Assembly: GCA_016432625.1 (NCBI GenBank)
Contig: CP066697.1
Coordinates: 81,415 to 145,414, forward strand
Origin: Candidatus Berkelbacteria bacterium
GTDB taxonomy: Bacteria; Patescibacteriota; UBA1384; 2-12-FULL-50-11
DNA: 64,000 bases
Direction: 5' to 3'
This document shows, piece after piece, positions 17,846 through 27,017 of the stretch. The notes under the pieces were generated by a model. The model did no database searches, was not told the origin of the DNA, and worked only from the letters and a program-made list of their open reading frames with translations. Each line of letters starts with the position of its first letter. Positions within the stretch are counted from its first letter, which is position 1. Position numbers and translations under genes: made by a program.

Positions 17846-18394
17846 ATGGAGGGCATTACTGTTGCAGGGAGTAGGCAAGCGCCATTTTCGGAGCGACTTT
17901 ATTGGGTTACAGGCTGGGTTTATGATTTCTCAAAGGTAGCCACAATTTTCCTACTTGTGGGGCTGGTCGTACACTACTTTTTCTATACGGCGCTTATAGT
18001 TCGTGGCAAGAGCATGGTACCGACATTCGCTGACGGACAAATCCTGACCGTTAACAAGATCGCTTACGTTACCGGTGCGCCGGAGCGCGGCGATGTTGTG
18101 GCCATGTTCTTTCCTGGCGAGACGGAGAAGCGGTTTATCAAGCGGATTGTTGCGCTGCCCGGAGAAACCATTTCCATAAAACAGGGCAAAACCTACATTA
18201 ACGGCGTCCTGCTAAAAGAGCCTTATCTTAAAAAAAGTGTCATCACGGTGCCGGAAATGGAGCGAACGCTGGTTGGGGGCGAGTACTTCGTGATGGGTGA
18301 TAATCGAGGCAACTCAAGTGACTCCAGGGCATGGGGGCCAGTGCCAGAGTCGTTCGTTATAGGCAAAGTTATGGCCAAGGTGGGCTCGCTCTAG
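17846..18394 (+). CDS. lepB: signal peptidase I
   Basis: GKSMVPTF (Ser box), RGDVV, the KR of KRIVALPGE, and GDNRGNSSDSR boxes. Confidence 0.8.
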   Translation: MEGITVAGSRQAPFSERLYWVTGWVYDFSKVATIFLLVGLVVHYFFYTALIVRGKSMVPTFADGQILTVNKIAYVTGAPERGDVVAMFFPGETEKRFIKRIVALPGETISIKQGKTYINGVLLKEPYLKKSVITVPEMERTLVGGEYFVMGDNRGNSSDSRAWGPVPESFVIGKVMAKVGSL

Positions 18395-19995
18395 TTAACC
18401 AGCGGGCCGCGCATTTCGGTGAGCATTGTGGAGATAGTTTTACTAAATTGCTCAATCTCTCTGGCGAATTGGCTGGTGCTAGTTTCTTCGTAGCTGATGA
18501 ACCAGTCGGGCTTAATGATAATCATTTCCGAGATATCGAAACGGCCGGCCCAGTTTTTAGTTTTGCCTAAGGCGATGGCATATCCCAGATATTTTTCGAA
18601 CACTCGATTACGGGCTGCTTCAAGTGAGAGCGGCTGAGCTTCTGAGAGGTAGTTAGCAAAGGCTAGCCACTCCGCCCGCTCGTTTAACCCAAGTTGGGTG
18701 TAGCGCACTAGACCTGGGGTTAGCCTTAATATCAGTCGACAGAAGATCATCGTGCCGGCGACCGGTAGCAGCAAGTACGGCGACGTGCCGGTTACGGCAA
18801 TCCAGATTGCGCCTATCACGCTCAAGTAATAAAGCGACAAGGCAAAAAGTTTGTATCGGACGCGTGTACGGTGCGGGTTCTCGGCGAAATATTGTTTGCG
18901 AGTCACGATCTCGTAGATATCGTCAAACGCCCGACGAACTTTCGGATTAAAAAGCGACTGACGGTTGAGCGCACGCATTTCGCTTTCGGTCAGTTTTGTA
19001 TTAGCGACGGGGAAGAGCGCTTCTAGGATGCCTTGCTCCCAAGGCTCTAGCCGATCATCAAATTGTCGGCGTTGGCTCAAGTAATACTGCCCGCTTTTTT
19101 TAACGATAACGATATAGCCGCGTTGGCAGAGGTCGATTAACATGGCCACGATTTCTTTCGGGTAGACTTTCTTATCTACGAGCGTGCCAACCACGAGCGG
19201 CGATAGCGCACTTGGCACTGTGGTGCGCAGGCGTTTGTTCGGTTTCTCGATAGCTTTTTGCCTAGCCAAGAGTCGTAGCAGCACCGCCAATCCAAGCAAC
19301 GGCAAGAGTATCCCAAGTACAAGAAAGGGTACGATCTCCAGATTTTCTAAGGCCAAACGTAGTTCTTCAATCAAACTGAGGTGAAGAACGCTTTTAGGCC
19401 AGTGCGCGTTAATGGTTAGTATCGCGTTCGGGCCCATGAATGAGGCTTGATAAGTCAGGGTCTGACTATCGGGCCGCTCAACGCGGGTTTGTCCGACGCC
19501 ACCGATAGCGTAAATATTTCCCGTTAGTCCGTCCCCGGAGGCCTCGGCCGGCAATTTGAAAGTAGTGCGCAGTTGTTTAACCGAGAAACCTGACTCTCTT
19601 AAGACTTGGAAATATAGCTGATCTCGCTCTTTAGACCGGATCAGTTTTGATGAGGCCCGGTAGGTTAAACTCCAAAGCTGGTGAGGCGTCTCGGCGATCA
19701 GGTTAACTTGATCGCCAGTTCGCTGCTGTTTGATCTCGCTGGGCTGTATCGGCACACCGTCACCACTCAACGAGAGCTTGGTTAACTCGCCGTAGATAGG
19801 CCAATTCAAACTGGTCGGAGAGGCGAATATCAGCTCCTGCACAACCTCCAAAGACCCGTCCTGCCGAAGTTCTAGGTTCAGTGTCGCGAGATCAACGCTC
19901 TGCTCGACCTTAGCGGCGACACCGGAGGGCAAGAAAAGTAAAACGGCTGCTTGTAGGGTCAGTATAATGACCTTAAGATAAAGTCGAGACGACAT
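18391..19995 (-). CDS. DUF2207-like membrane protein (signal peptide, extracytoplasmic domain, multi-TM C-terminus)
   Basis: 534 aa; architecture and N-terminal beta-rich domain resemble DUF2207. Confidence 0.45.
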   Translation of the reverse strand: MSSRLYLKVIILTLQAAVLLFLPSGVAAKVEQSVDLATLNLELRQDGSLEVVQELIFASPTSLNWPIYGELTKLSLSGDGVPIQPSEIKQQRTGDQVNLIAETPHQLWSLTYRASSKLIRSKERDQLYFQVLRESGFSVKQLRTTFKLPAEASGDGLTGNIYAIGGVGQTRVERPDSQTLTYQASFMGPNAILTINAHWPKSVLHLSLIEELRLALENLEIVPFLVLGILLPLLGLAVLLRLLARQKAIEKPNKRLRTTVPSALSPLVVGTLVDKKVYPKEIVAMLIDLCQRGYIVIVKKSGQYYLSQRRQFDDRLEPWEQGILEALFPVANTKLTESEMRALNRQSLFNPKVRRAFDDIYEIVTRKQYFAENPHRTRVRYKLFALSLYYLSVIGAIWIAVTGTSPYLLLPVAGTMIFCRLILRLTPGLVRYTQLGLNERAEWLAFANYLSEAQPLSLEAARNRVFEKYLGYAIALGKTKNWAGRFDISEMIIIKPDWFISYEETSTSQFAREIEQFSKTISTMLTEMRGPLVN

Positions 19996-20031
19996 GCTTT
20001 TATCATATCCTAGAACTAAGGGCTGTGGCTG

Positions 20032-20280
20032 ATGCGACGCTTAGGCAGAGTCTTTTTGACAACCTCAGCCGTTCTAGTGCTACTGGTGAACCTAATAATG
20101 ATCCTGCTATACGGCAAACAGTTCTACGCTTGTTCGGAGAGCTTTGTCGTCGAGAACTTCTGCGGTGGCCCCGGGGTAGCGTCGCCGTACCTGCCAATTC
20201 TACTTCTTAACCTGGTTGTCATCGGGACGATAATTCTGTGTTGGCTGGCAGTCCATTACTACGTCAAAACACACCGTTAG
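20032..20280 (+). CDS. small two-TM membrane protein, hypothetical
   Basis: 82-aa ORF. Confidence 0.3.
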   Translation: MRRLGRVFLTTSAVLVLLVNLIMILLYGKQFYACSESFVVENFCGGPGVASPYLPILLLNLVVIGTIILCWLAVHYYVKTHR

Positions 20281-20322
20281 TAATCGTAGTACTGATATAA
20301 CGGGTGTGGTAGGCTGAAACTA

Positions 20323-20883
20323 ATGCGCCGAATTGTCTGGATAGTTATTATCGCTCTCTTGGTCGTCACCCCAATTTTTATCTGGTGGCAGGGACAGAGG
20401 CAGCGCAACAATCTCGAAACAGCCTACGGAATTATGCTAGCTAATCGGCCAACTAAATTTTGCCCACCATCAGCCGAGGTTGTCATAACACGAGGCGATG
20501 AGGAGAAGATTATTTTTGACGCTGAAGTAATAGTTAAAAATTGCGAGTTAATTCCGCTCGATAGATCACAGCTTAACGAGGCTACGAGCTACTATATTTA
20601 CGCTCGCCTAAATGAAGTGCGCGCCTTTAGAATAGTTGCGACGGGTCCGATTACATCGGGCATGGAGTACCCAATTATGCTGGGCGATTTGAATAACGAT
20701 AACGCCATCGACCCACAAGACAAGCTTGTAGTTGAAGAAGCCATGAAAGTAGGCGGCTACTCGAAGTCAGCCGACGTTGATAAGGACGGTAATGTCGGGA
20801 TTATCGACTATTCACTCGTGACATTGAATCAAGGCGCTGGCGCCAGTCGCCCTGATGGCGTTGCCTGGAAGGCGCGGCAATGA
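20323..20883 (+). CDS. membrane-anchored protein with a C-terminal type-I dockerin module
   Basis: N-terminal TM; two calcium-binding loop repeats DLNNDNAIDPQD-KLVVEEAMK and DVDKDGNVGIIDYSLVTLN with dockerin spacing. Confidence 0.55.
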   Translation: MRRIVWIVIIALLVVTPIFIWWQGQRQRNNLETAYGIMLANRPTKFCPPSAEVVITRGDEEKIIFDAEVIVKNCELIPLDRSQLNEATSYYIYARLNEVRAFRIVATGPITSGMEYPIMLGDLNNDNAIDPQDKLVVEEAMKVGGYSKSADVDKDGNVGIIDYSLVTLNQGAGASRPDGVAWKARQ

Positions 20884-22208
20884 AGCTGATATCGACGCGA
20901 GCAACATTTATTATTGTCAGTCTAGTGACAATTGCGTTATTGGCCGGATCTGTAATATTGCAGCAAATCGTATTTCGCGCCGAGCAAGAGTTCTCAGCGT
21001 TGACGCTTAGTCCCACCACCTTTCGTGTCGCCCAAGGTCAGCCAGTGGATTTAAGCCTCAACTCTATCTCCGTTAACCAAGTAATTGTTTCGGGACTTCA
21101 AGTTAAGTTAGGCTACGAGGCCGCTAAACTTACATTCAAAGAAGCGGTGCCACCGATCGGTTGGCAGACGCTGCGGCTTGCGTCGACGACTGATACTGTC
21201 GATTGGATTCTCGCACCGATTACGAGCTCGACGTCGCTCGTTACATTGCAGGGCGAGGTGAAGTTAGGGACGGTGCGTTTTCTAGCGACTGGTGCGGGTG
21301 TGACAAATGTTACAGTCGCACAGGAATCAACAGTGCTCTCGGCGGTTGACCAAGTCAGGGGCAGCTTCGTCTATAACGCGGCTGAAAGCGTTCAGGACAG
21401 TGCTGGTACAATCACGGCAGGTAACGTGGGGGAAATAACTTTCCCAGAAGCCAAGTTGCCGGTAATAGTGCCTGAAGAAACCGATGATTCTGCTAAGTTC
21501 GGCACTCAGCGCATCGTCTCTAGCTACGTCGAGACAAGCGCTCGAGCGGGACTGGTCTTTGTCACCCTCGCTTCCAGCGGCAAAGTCACGGTGGAATTTG
21601 GCCCCACCCCAGCACTTGGTAATAAAGCGGAAACGACGCGGGAGAGTGCCACGCACGTTATTAATCTGTCTAGCCTCGACCCTAATCAACAATATTACTA
21701 TCGAGTACTTGGCGAGGAAACGCAGCAACGTTCCAGGGTTGTTGGTGCGCTGAAAACATTTAAAACAACTGCAGAGGGAACAGGAACGCTCTCGGCTGGC
21801 CGCTCTAAGGTAGTGGCCTTTCCCGCCAAATCCAAACAGACCTCTACACTCTTTATCTTTCCACGCGACGACGAGGGCAAAACTGTCGAGTCAGCTGGTC
21901 TTACCGTTGAACACGAGGGCGACGCTACTCTAGGCCAAGTAAGTACTCTCGGAGGTTACTATGTTGTTGAAGTGACAACGGCTACGGACAAGAAGCAGGC
22001 CGTGAAGCTGACCCCTAAGGTAGGCGAAACTGCCCTTGAGGCGCGCACGGTTGTTTTGGACCCTGAGTATAAAGAGCCGACAGTGACCTTGAACAAGTCG
22101 GAGCTTGTCCTGGCATGGAACGACAAAACGATGGCTTTCCTATTCGGAGGCGCTATCTTACTTTTCCTACTGCTCTATTTCTTTGTCAGGTTAGCGCGGA
22201 GCCGTTGA
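20880..22208 (+). CDS. membrane protein with an N-terminal cohesin-like domain, an Fn3-like domain and a C-terminal TM anchor
   Basis: start overlaps the upstream stop (ATGA); residues ~45-160 read as a cohesin-like beta-sandwich (VDLSLNSISVNQVIVSGLQVKLGYEAAKLTF...VTLQGEVKLGTVRFLATG); TVEFGPTPALGNKAETT...NQQYYYRV is a purple-acid-phosphatase-N/Fn3-type fold; C-terminal hydrophobic anchor. Confidence 0.45.
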   Translation: MKLISTRATFIIVSLVTIALLAGSVILQQIVFRAEQEFSALTLSPTTFRVAQGQPVDLSLNSISVNQVIVSGLQVKLGYEAAKLTFKEAVPPIGWQTLRLASTTDTVDWILAPITSSTSLVTLQGEVKLGTVRFLATGAGVTNVTVAQESTVLSAVDQVRGSFVYNAAESVQDSAGTITAGNVGEITFPEAKLPVIVPEETDDSAKFGTQRIVSSYVETSARAGLVFVTLASSGKVTVEFGPTPALGNKAETTRESATHVINLSSLDPNQQYYYRVLGEETQQRSRVVGALKTFKTTAEGTGTLSAGRSKVVAFPAKSKQTSTLFIFPRDDEGKTVESAGLTVEHEGDATLGQVSTLGGYYVVEVTTATDKKQAVKLTPKVGETALEARTVVLDPEYKEPTVTLNKSELVLAWNDKTMAFLFGGAILLFLLLYFFVRLARSR

Positions 22209-22251
22209 TGCTACCGACAGCGAGTAGCACTAACGCAGGCCTTCTGGATAG

Positions 22252-23859
22252 ATGATTAAACGTCTCGGAGGCCTCTTTTATCAGAGCAGCAACCTTAAAC
22301 AAGCGGTCGGGATTCTATTCGTAACGGTGCTAATTAGTAACGTCCTTGGCCTGCTACGAAACGTTATTATTGCCAATCGTGTTGGTGTTGCCTTTGGGAC
22401 CTTCGGGCCGCTCGACAACTATTACGCTGCCTTCGTACTGCCGGACCTTCTCTATAACATTATTATTGTTGGCGCCCTTTCCTCGGCAATCCTGCCGTTG
22501 CTAGTAACGATTGATTCGGAAGGTGACAACGCTAGATTCTGGAAAACATTCAACGTTCTGCTCTCGACCGGATTCACGGCGATCGTTGTAGGGCTCGTCT
22601 TTTTATATTTATTGCTGCCAGTGCTTATTCCAATAATCTATCCTGGCTTCACACTGAGTGAACAGGAATTTACCTTATCGTTGTCGAGGGTACTACTGTT
22701 GAGTCCGCTATTCTTCACTATCTCCCAGCTATCTACCTCAGCCCTGCAGGCGAAGAAATTCTTCTTCGCGCCGGCTGTAGCGCCGTTGATCTACAACTTA
22801 TCGATAATCGCTTCGGCATTATTAATACCGGACTTTGGCCTGTCAGTTTTGGTCTTTGGAGTAATCTTGGGCGCTGCCGGGCACTTCTTAGTGCAGCTAC
22901 CCACGCTAATTCGTCTGGGCTGGCGTTTCAATTTTGAAACCAGTTTCGGCAACGAAACCGTACGGAAAGTTTTCAGATTGATGATCCCGAGAACGATCGC
23001 CCTCACCGGTACCCAGCTTCTCCTCCTGGCTTTCTATCGAATCGGCTCACATCTGACCGACGGCTCAATTGCTATCTACAAGCTGACAGACGACTTACAA
23101 ACGGCACCAGTCTTATTACTAGCCAATACTCTAGCAATGGCAATCCTGCCCGATTTTGCCCGGCATATCGCCAAAGACAACAACGCTCAGTTTGAAGAAT
23201 TGATCGGTAAGGCGATCAGGCTGCTGATCTTTATTTTCCTACCGGTGACAATGTTCCTGCTCATTTTCCGTTGGCAAATCATCAGCCTTTACTTGGAAGT
23301 TGGGCACAGCGTTGACGCGGTAGAGACTGCCCTTGCCGTCGCAACGTTTACAAACTTTGTTGTCTCACTATTCTTTCAGGGCGCCGTCCTCTTACTCGCC
23401 CGAGCGTACTTCGCCCGCTCAGATACCCGGCGCCCAACGATATATAGCATTGTCTCTATCCTCGTCGCGCTGGTCGCAGCGTGGACGTTTGCTGTTAGGG
23501 GCGACTACGGTGTCAGTGGCCTATCGCTCGCCTTCTCCATCGGTTCGGCACTTAATGCTGCGTTGCTTTGGTTTAACTTACGTCTTCCAGCACGGGTACT
23601 GTTGCTCGACTACCAGCGACGCTACAATTTCATCCCTGTAGTGGTTGGGACGCTCTGTACAGCGCTAGTTTTTATCATTCTAAGACAACTTGGTCCGTCA
23701 ATCGCTGCGGGCTTTGCCGCCAGACCGTCAATGGCTAACCTAATTACACTCGCGATTGGTTTTGCCGGCGGTTTAGTGTTTTACTGGGCTTGGAGTCGAG
23801 CATTTCGTCTAGAGCAGTGGCAACTCATCGCTCGGCGATCCAATAACGATGAAACATAA
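22252..23859 (+). CDS. murJ: lipid II flippase MurJ/MviN
   Basis: 535 aa, 14 TM segments, conserved N-terminal NVLGLLRNVIIANRVG...LPDLLYN motif. Confidence 0.85.
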   Translation: MIKRLGGLFYQSSNLKQAVGILFVTVLISNVLGLLRNVIIANRVGVAFGTFGPLDNYYAAFVLPDLLYNIIIVGALSSAILPLLVTIDSEGDNARFWKTFNVLLSTGFTAIVVGLVFLYLLLPVLIPIIYPGFTLSEQEFTLSLSRVLLLSPLFFTISQLSTSALQAKKFFFAPAVAPLIYNLSIIASALLIPDFGLSVLVFGVILGAAGHFLVQLPTLIRLGWRFNFETSFGNETVRKVFRLMIPRTIALTGTQLLLLAFYRIGSHLTDGSIAIYKLTDDLQTAPVLLLANTLAMAILPDFARHIAKDNNAQFEELIGKAIRLLIFIFLPVTMFLLIFRWQIISLYLEVGHSVDAVETALAVATFTNFVVSLFFQGAVLLLARAYFARSDTRRPTIYSIVSILVALVAAWTFAVRGDYGVSGLSLAFSIGSALNAALLWFNLRLPARVLLLDYQRRYNFIPVVVGTLCTALVFIILRQLGPSIAAGFAARPSMANLITLAIGFAGGLVFYWAWSRAFRLEQWQLIARRSNNDET

Positions 23860-24035
23860 ATCAGATCAAGATTTTTATGGAGACGTGGACCGCTCAAGGT
23901 ATCGAGCTAATTGGGGCTGCCTAATTTGGTTCTTTGTCATAGGGGTCGCCCTAATCGGCGCGGCGTGGTGGTTATTCAAGTATTCGGGGTATCTGTAGAG
24001 ACTTTGAACCTGTTTTCCGCTACAATTTGCCTGTT

Positions 24036-24156
24036 ATGAATATCCGTAATTTCGCAATAGTTTCAAGTAAAGCGAGAAAATGAGCAAAGTAAAATGAATA
24101 TCCGTAACTTTGCGACTACTTCGAGTGAAACGAGAAGGAGTGCGAAGTTGCAATAA
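24036..24156 (+). other. two tandem leader ORFs (15 and 20 codons) that mimic the LepA N-terminus; the second is coupled to lepA through a TAATG overlap
   Basis: ATGAATATCCGTAATTTCGCAATA... (MNIRNFAIVSSKARK*) and ATGAATATCCGTAACTTTGCG...TTGCAATAATGG (MNIRNFATTSSETRRSAKLQ*), against LepA MAIRNFAIIAH. Confidence 0.4.
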
Positions 24157-25862
24157 TGGCGATTCGCAATTTCGCAATCATCGCTCATATCGATCACGGC
24201 AAATCGACACTTGCCGATCGTCTGCTGGAAAAAACCGGAACGGTCAAAGTTGGTAGCGGAGATCAGCTGCTCGATACGATGGAATTAGAGCGGGAAAAAG
24301 GCATTACGATTAAGCTGAACCCGGCTCGGATGTTTTACGAGCATGACGGCGAGAAGTACCAGTTAAACCTAATCGATACCCCGGGGCACGTAGATTTCGG
24401 CTATGAAGTTTCCCGTTCTCTGGCTGCGGTCGAAGGCGTCCTCTTGTTGGTCGATGCCAGCCAAGGCATCCAGGCCCAGACCCTAACCAACCTTCATCTA
24501 GCCGAAGATAGTCACTTAGTTATTATTCCAGTGGTTAATAAAATAGATCTGCCGCACGCTCAAAGCGAAGAAACTGCCGAGCAACTTGTGAAGGCGTTGA
24601 AGTGCGCGGAAGACGATATCTGTTTCGTTTCAGGCAAAACAGGTGAGGGCGTGGAAGAGTTACTGGAGGCGATCGCCAAAAGAATTCCGCCACCTAGACC
24701 AAATCCAGACGAACCGCTTCAAGCTCTAGTTTTTGATTCCTTTTTCGACGTTTTTCTTGGTGTGGTAGCGTACGTGAAAGTTGTCAGCGGCAATTTAAAG
24801 AAGAATCAGCCGCTATTAATGAAGGCGACTGGCGCCGCCTTTGATTGCTTACAGTCTGGCTACTTACAAATAAAAAGAATCGACAACGGTCATTTAGATA
24901 GCGGCGAGATCGGTTATGTCGCTACGGGCTTAAAGACGGTTCATGACTGCCGGGTTGGAGACACGATTGTTGCCTCTGGTACGACGAGCGCCCTGCCGGG
25001 CTACAAGACGTCAAAACCAATGATTTATGCTTCGTTTTTCCCAGAGCCTGGCAAAGAGCGGGAACTAACGGTGGCGCTAGATAAACTTAAGCTTTCCGAT
25101 GCGTCGCTTTCCTACGAGCCAGTTAGCTCAAAAGCCTTGGGTCCGGGCTACAGCATCGGGTTCTTGGGGTTGCTTCACTTGGAAATAATAAAAGAAAGAC
25201 TAAACAGAGAGTTTGACATCGATATCCTCGTTACGACACCCTCAGTAGCCTACAAACAGGAAGAAGGGCAATGGATGGAGCCGTGGGTGGAGCTTGAAGT
25301 TGTTTGTCCCCGGGAGCATTACGGTGCCGTAAGCGACCTTGTCGCCCAAAGCCGAGCCGTATTCGTCGACGTTGAATACGTTGCCGACAGAGTCGTCTGT
25401 CGTTACGAGACGCCGCTCTCAGAGGTGATCAGCGATTTCTACGACAAACTTAAATCGGTCACTTCTGGCTACGCCTCGATGGATTACCAGCTAAAAGACT
25501 ATCGCGCGGCGGATCTCGTCGCTGTTGATTTACTTGTTGCGGGTGACAAGATCGATGCCTTAACTCAGTACATGGTTCGTTCCAAGGCCGAATCCTATGG
25601 TCGAAATCTTGTCCAAAAACTGAAAGAGCTAATTCCCCGCCAGAATTTTGAGGTCACTTTGCAGGCAGCAATTGGCGGCAAAATAATTGCCCGCAGCGAT
25701 ATATCGGCCGTTCGCAAAGACGTGACTGCCAAACTCTACGGCGGCGACGTGACACGTAAAAACAAGCTATTAGACAAGCAAAAGAAAGGTAAGAAACGAC
25801 TGCGGACTCTGGGACGGGTCGAAGTGCCGAGCGAAGTTTTCGTTGAATTGTTGCGTAAGTAA
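24156..25862 (+). CDS. lepA: translation elongation factor 4 (LepA)
   Basis: MAIRNFAIIAHIDHGKSTLADRLL (G1), DTPGHVDF, NKID G-domain motifs. Confidence 0.9.
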   Translation: MAIRNFAIIAHIDHGKSTLADRLLEKTGTVKVGSGDQLLDTMELEREKGITIKLNPARMFYEHDGEKYQLNLIDTPGHVDFGYEVSRSLAAVEGVLLLVDASQGIQAQTLTNLHLAEDSHLVIIPVVNKIDLPHAQSEETAEQLVKALKCAEDDICFVSGKTGEGVEELLEAIAKRIPPPRPNPDEPLQALVFDSFFDVFLGVVAYVKVVSGNLKKNQPLLMKATGAAFDCLQSGYLQIKRIDNGHLDSGEIGYVATGLKTVHDCRVGDTIVASGTTSALPGYKTSKPMIYASFFPEPGKERELTVALDKLKLSDASLSYEPVSSKALGPGYSIGFLGLLHLEIIKERLNREFDIDILVTTPSVAYKQEEGQWMEPWVELEVVCPREHYGAVSDLVAQSRAVFVDVEYVADRVVCRYETPLSEVISDFYDKLKSVTSGYASMDYQLKDYRAADLVAVDLLVAGDKIDALTQYMVRSKAESYGRNLVQKLKELIPRQNFEVTLQAAIGGKIIARSDISAVRKDVTAKLYGGDVTRKNKLLDKQKKGKKRLRTLGRVEVPSEVFVELLRK

Positions 25863-25867
25863 ACAGT

Positions 25868-25892
25868 GGCCCGTCCCTTGCGGGGACGGGCC
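25868..25892. terminator. GC-rich hairpin between the convergent lepA and glpX
   Basis: GGCCCGTCCC-TTGC-GGGGACGGGCC; weak U-tracts. Confidence 0.45.
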
Positions 25893-25902
25893 AAGTCGGA
25901 CT

Positions 25903-26931
25903 CTAAAGGCGAAATGCCTTCTTCGGGTGATCGATTGTTACGATCCTGGAGGGTGGGATCAGGTAGCGAATGCCGTCTTCGCAACCCATCGCCGACCAGT
26001 GAATGACGTGTCCGTGGCTAAAGCGTTTGACCGCTTCTCCGCGTAATACGCCGTGTGTGACGTGGGCGATGGCGACTACAATCCGTTGGCTAGGCGCGAG
26101 TTCGTTCGTCGTGTAGTAACGGTTAAACTCGATACCCATTTCAAGCATTCGGTCGCAGTAGTTGTCGGAGAGCTTGCCTCGATCCTTGGGGAATTCGGCC
26201 AACTCGTCAGGATGAAGGTAGCGTCCCCAATGAGAGCCGCCCATACACTTGGCGACGCAGGCGCCGATATGCCCTTCGGGAGATCCGCCGCTGCCCATGA
26301 CCGCATCAGTGTCGTGACCGGCCACCATTGCGTTGATGACCTCGGACAGGTCACCGTCGGTGATCAGCGTCACTCGTGCCCTGGTCTTCCGAATCTGGTC
26401 GATGGTGGATTGGTTGCGCATGCGATCGAGGACGGCGACAGTAATGCCGCGAGTTTCTCGGTCGAGACGTTGGGCCATCGCTTCGATGTTCTCGGCGATT
26501 GTTGCAGTCGGATTGACGACATCAACAAGATCAGGCCCAACGGCAAGCTTGTCCATGTAGCCATCGGCTGCCCCGATGATGCCATCCGCATCGCCACAAG
26601 CCAAAATACAGATTGCCCCTCGTTGGCCTTTGGCACATGGCCCAGTACCCTCAAGTGGGTCGATGGCGATGCTGACCTTGGGGCCAGAACCGGTACCGAC
26701 CTTTTGGCCAATGTAGAGCATTGGCGCGTTGTCGCGCTCACCCTCTCCGATGACGATTTGGCCGTCCATCTCAATCCCATCCATCACCGCGTTGATTGCC
26801 TCAACGGCGAGGTGGTCTGAGTTCTCTTTGTCGCCGTCACCGATACTGTCGGCGGTGGCCAGTGCTCCAGCGTTGACGGCACCGATGAGTTGTGGCCAAA
26901 GGCTGATGATTGGATCTTTACTATTAAACAA
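25903..26931 (-). CDS. glpX: class II fructose-1,6-bisphosphatase (GlpX family)
   Basis: GlpX-type motifs [34 protein letters not shown]; GC about 55%. Confidence 0.8.
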   Translation of the reverse strand: MFNSKDPIISLWPQLIGAVNAGALATADSIGDGDKENSDHLAVEAINAVMDGIEMDGQIVIGEGERDNAPMLYIGQKVGTGSGPKVSIAIDPLEGTGPCAKGQRGAICILACGDADGIIGAADGYMDKLAVGPDLVDVVNPTATIAENIEAMAQRLDRETRGITVAVLDRMRNQSTIDQIRKTRARVTLITDGDLSEVINAMVAGHDTDAVMGSGGSPEGHIGACVAKCMGGSHWGRYLHPDELAEFPKDRGKLSDNYCDRMLEMGIEFNRYYTTNELAPSQRIVVAIAHVTHGVLRGEAVKRFSHGHVIHWSAMGCEDGIRYLIPPSRIVTIDHPKKAFRL

Positions 26932-27017
26932 CGAAACTTCCTCCTGCGCCGTCGAGACGGTGCTGGAAAATTATACCCTGTTTAGGGGTGGTTAATCTAG
27001 GGTTCTGTCCGGAAAAC

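Noticed and set aside
23877-23998. Small ORFs just after murJ (15-aa METWTAQGIELIGAA, and a GTG-initiated 37-aa peptide MDRSRYRANWGCLIWFFVIGVALIGAAWWLFKYSGYL)
   Set aside because: The start is ambiguous and there is no clear translation signal; it could be a real small membrane protein, but I cannot support it from the sequence alone.
26053-26995. 255-aa plus-strand ORF and others inside glpX
   Set aside because: They are antisense to a gene with clear GlpX motifs; they have low-complexity Ala/Arg/Val composition typical of GC-rich antisense frames.
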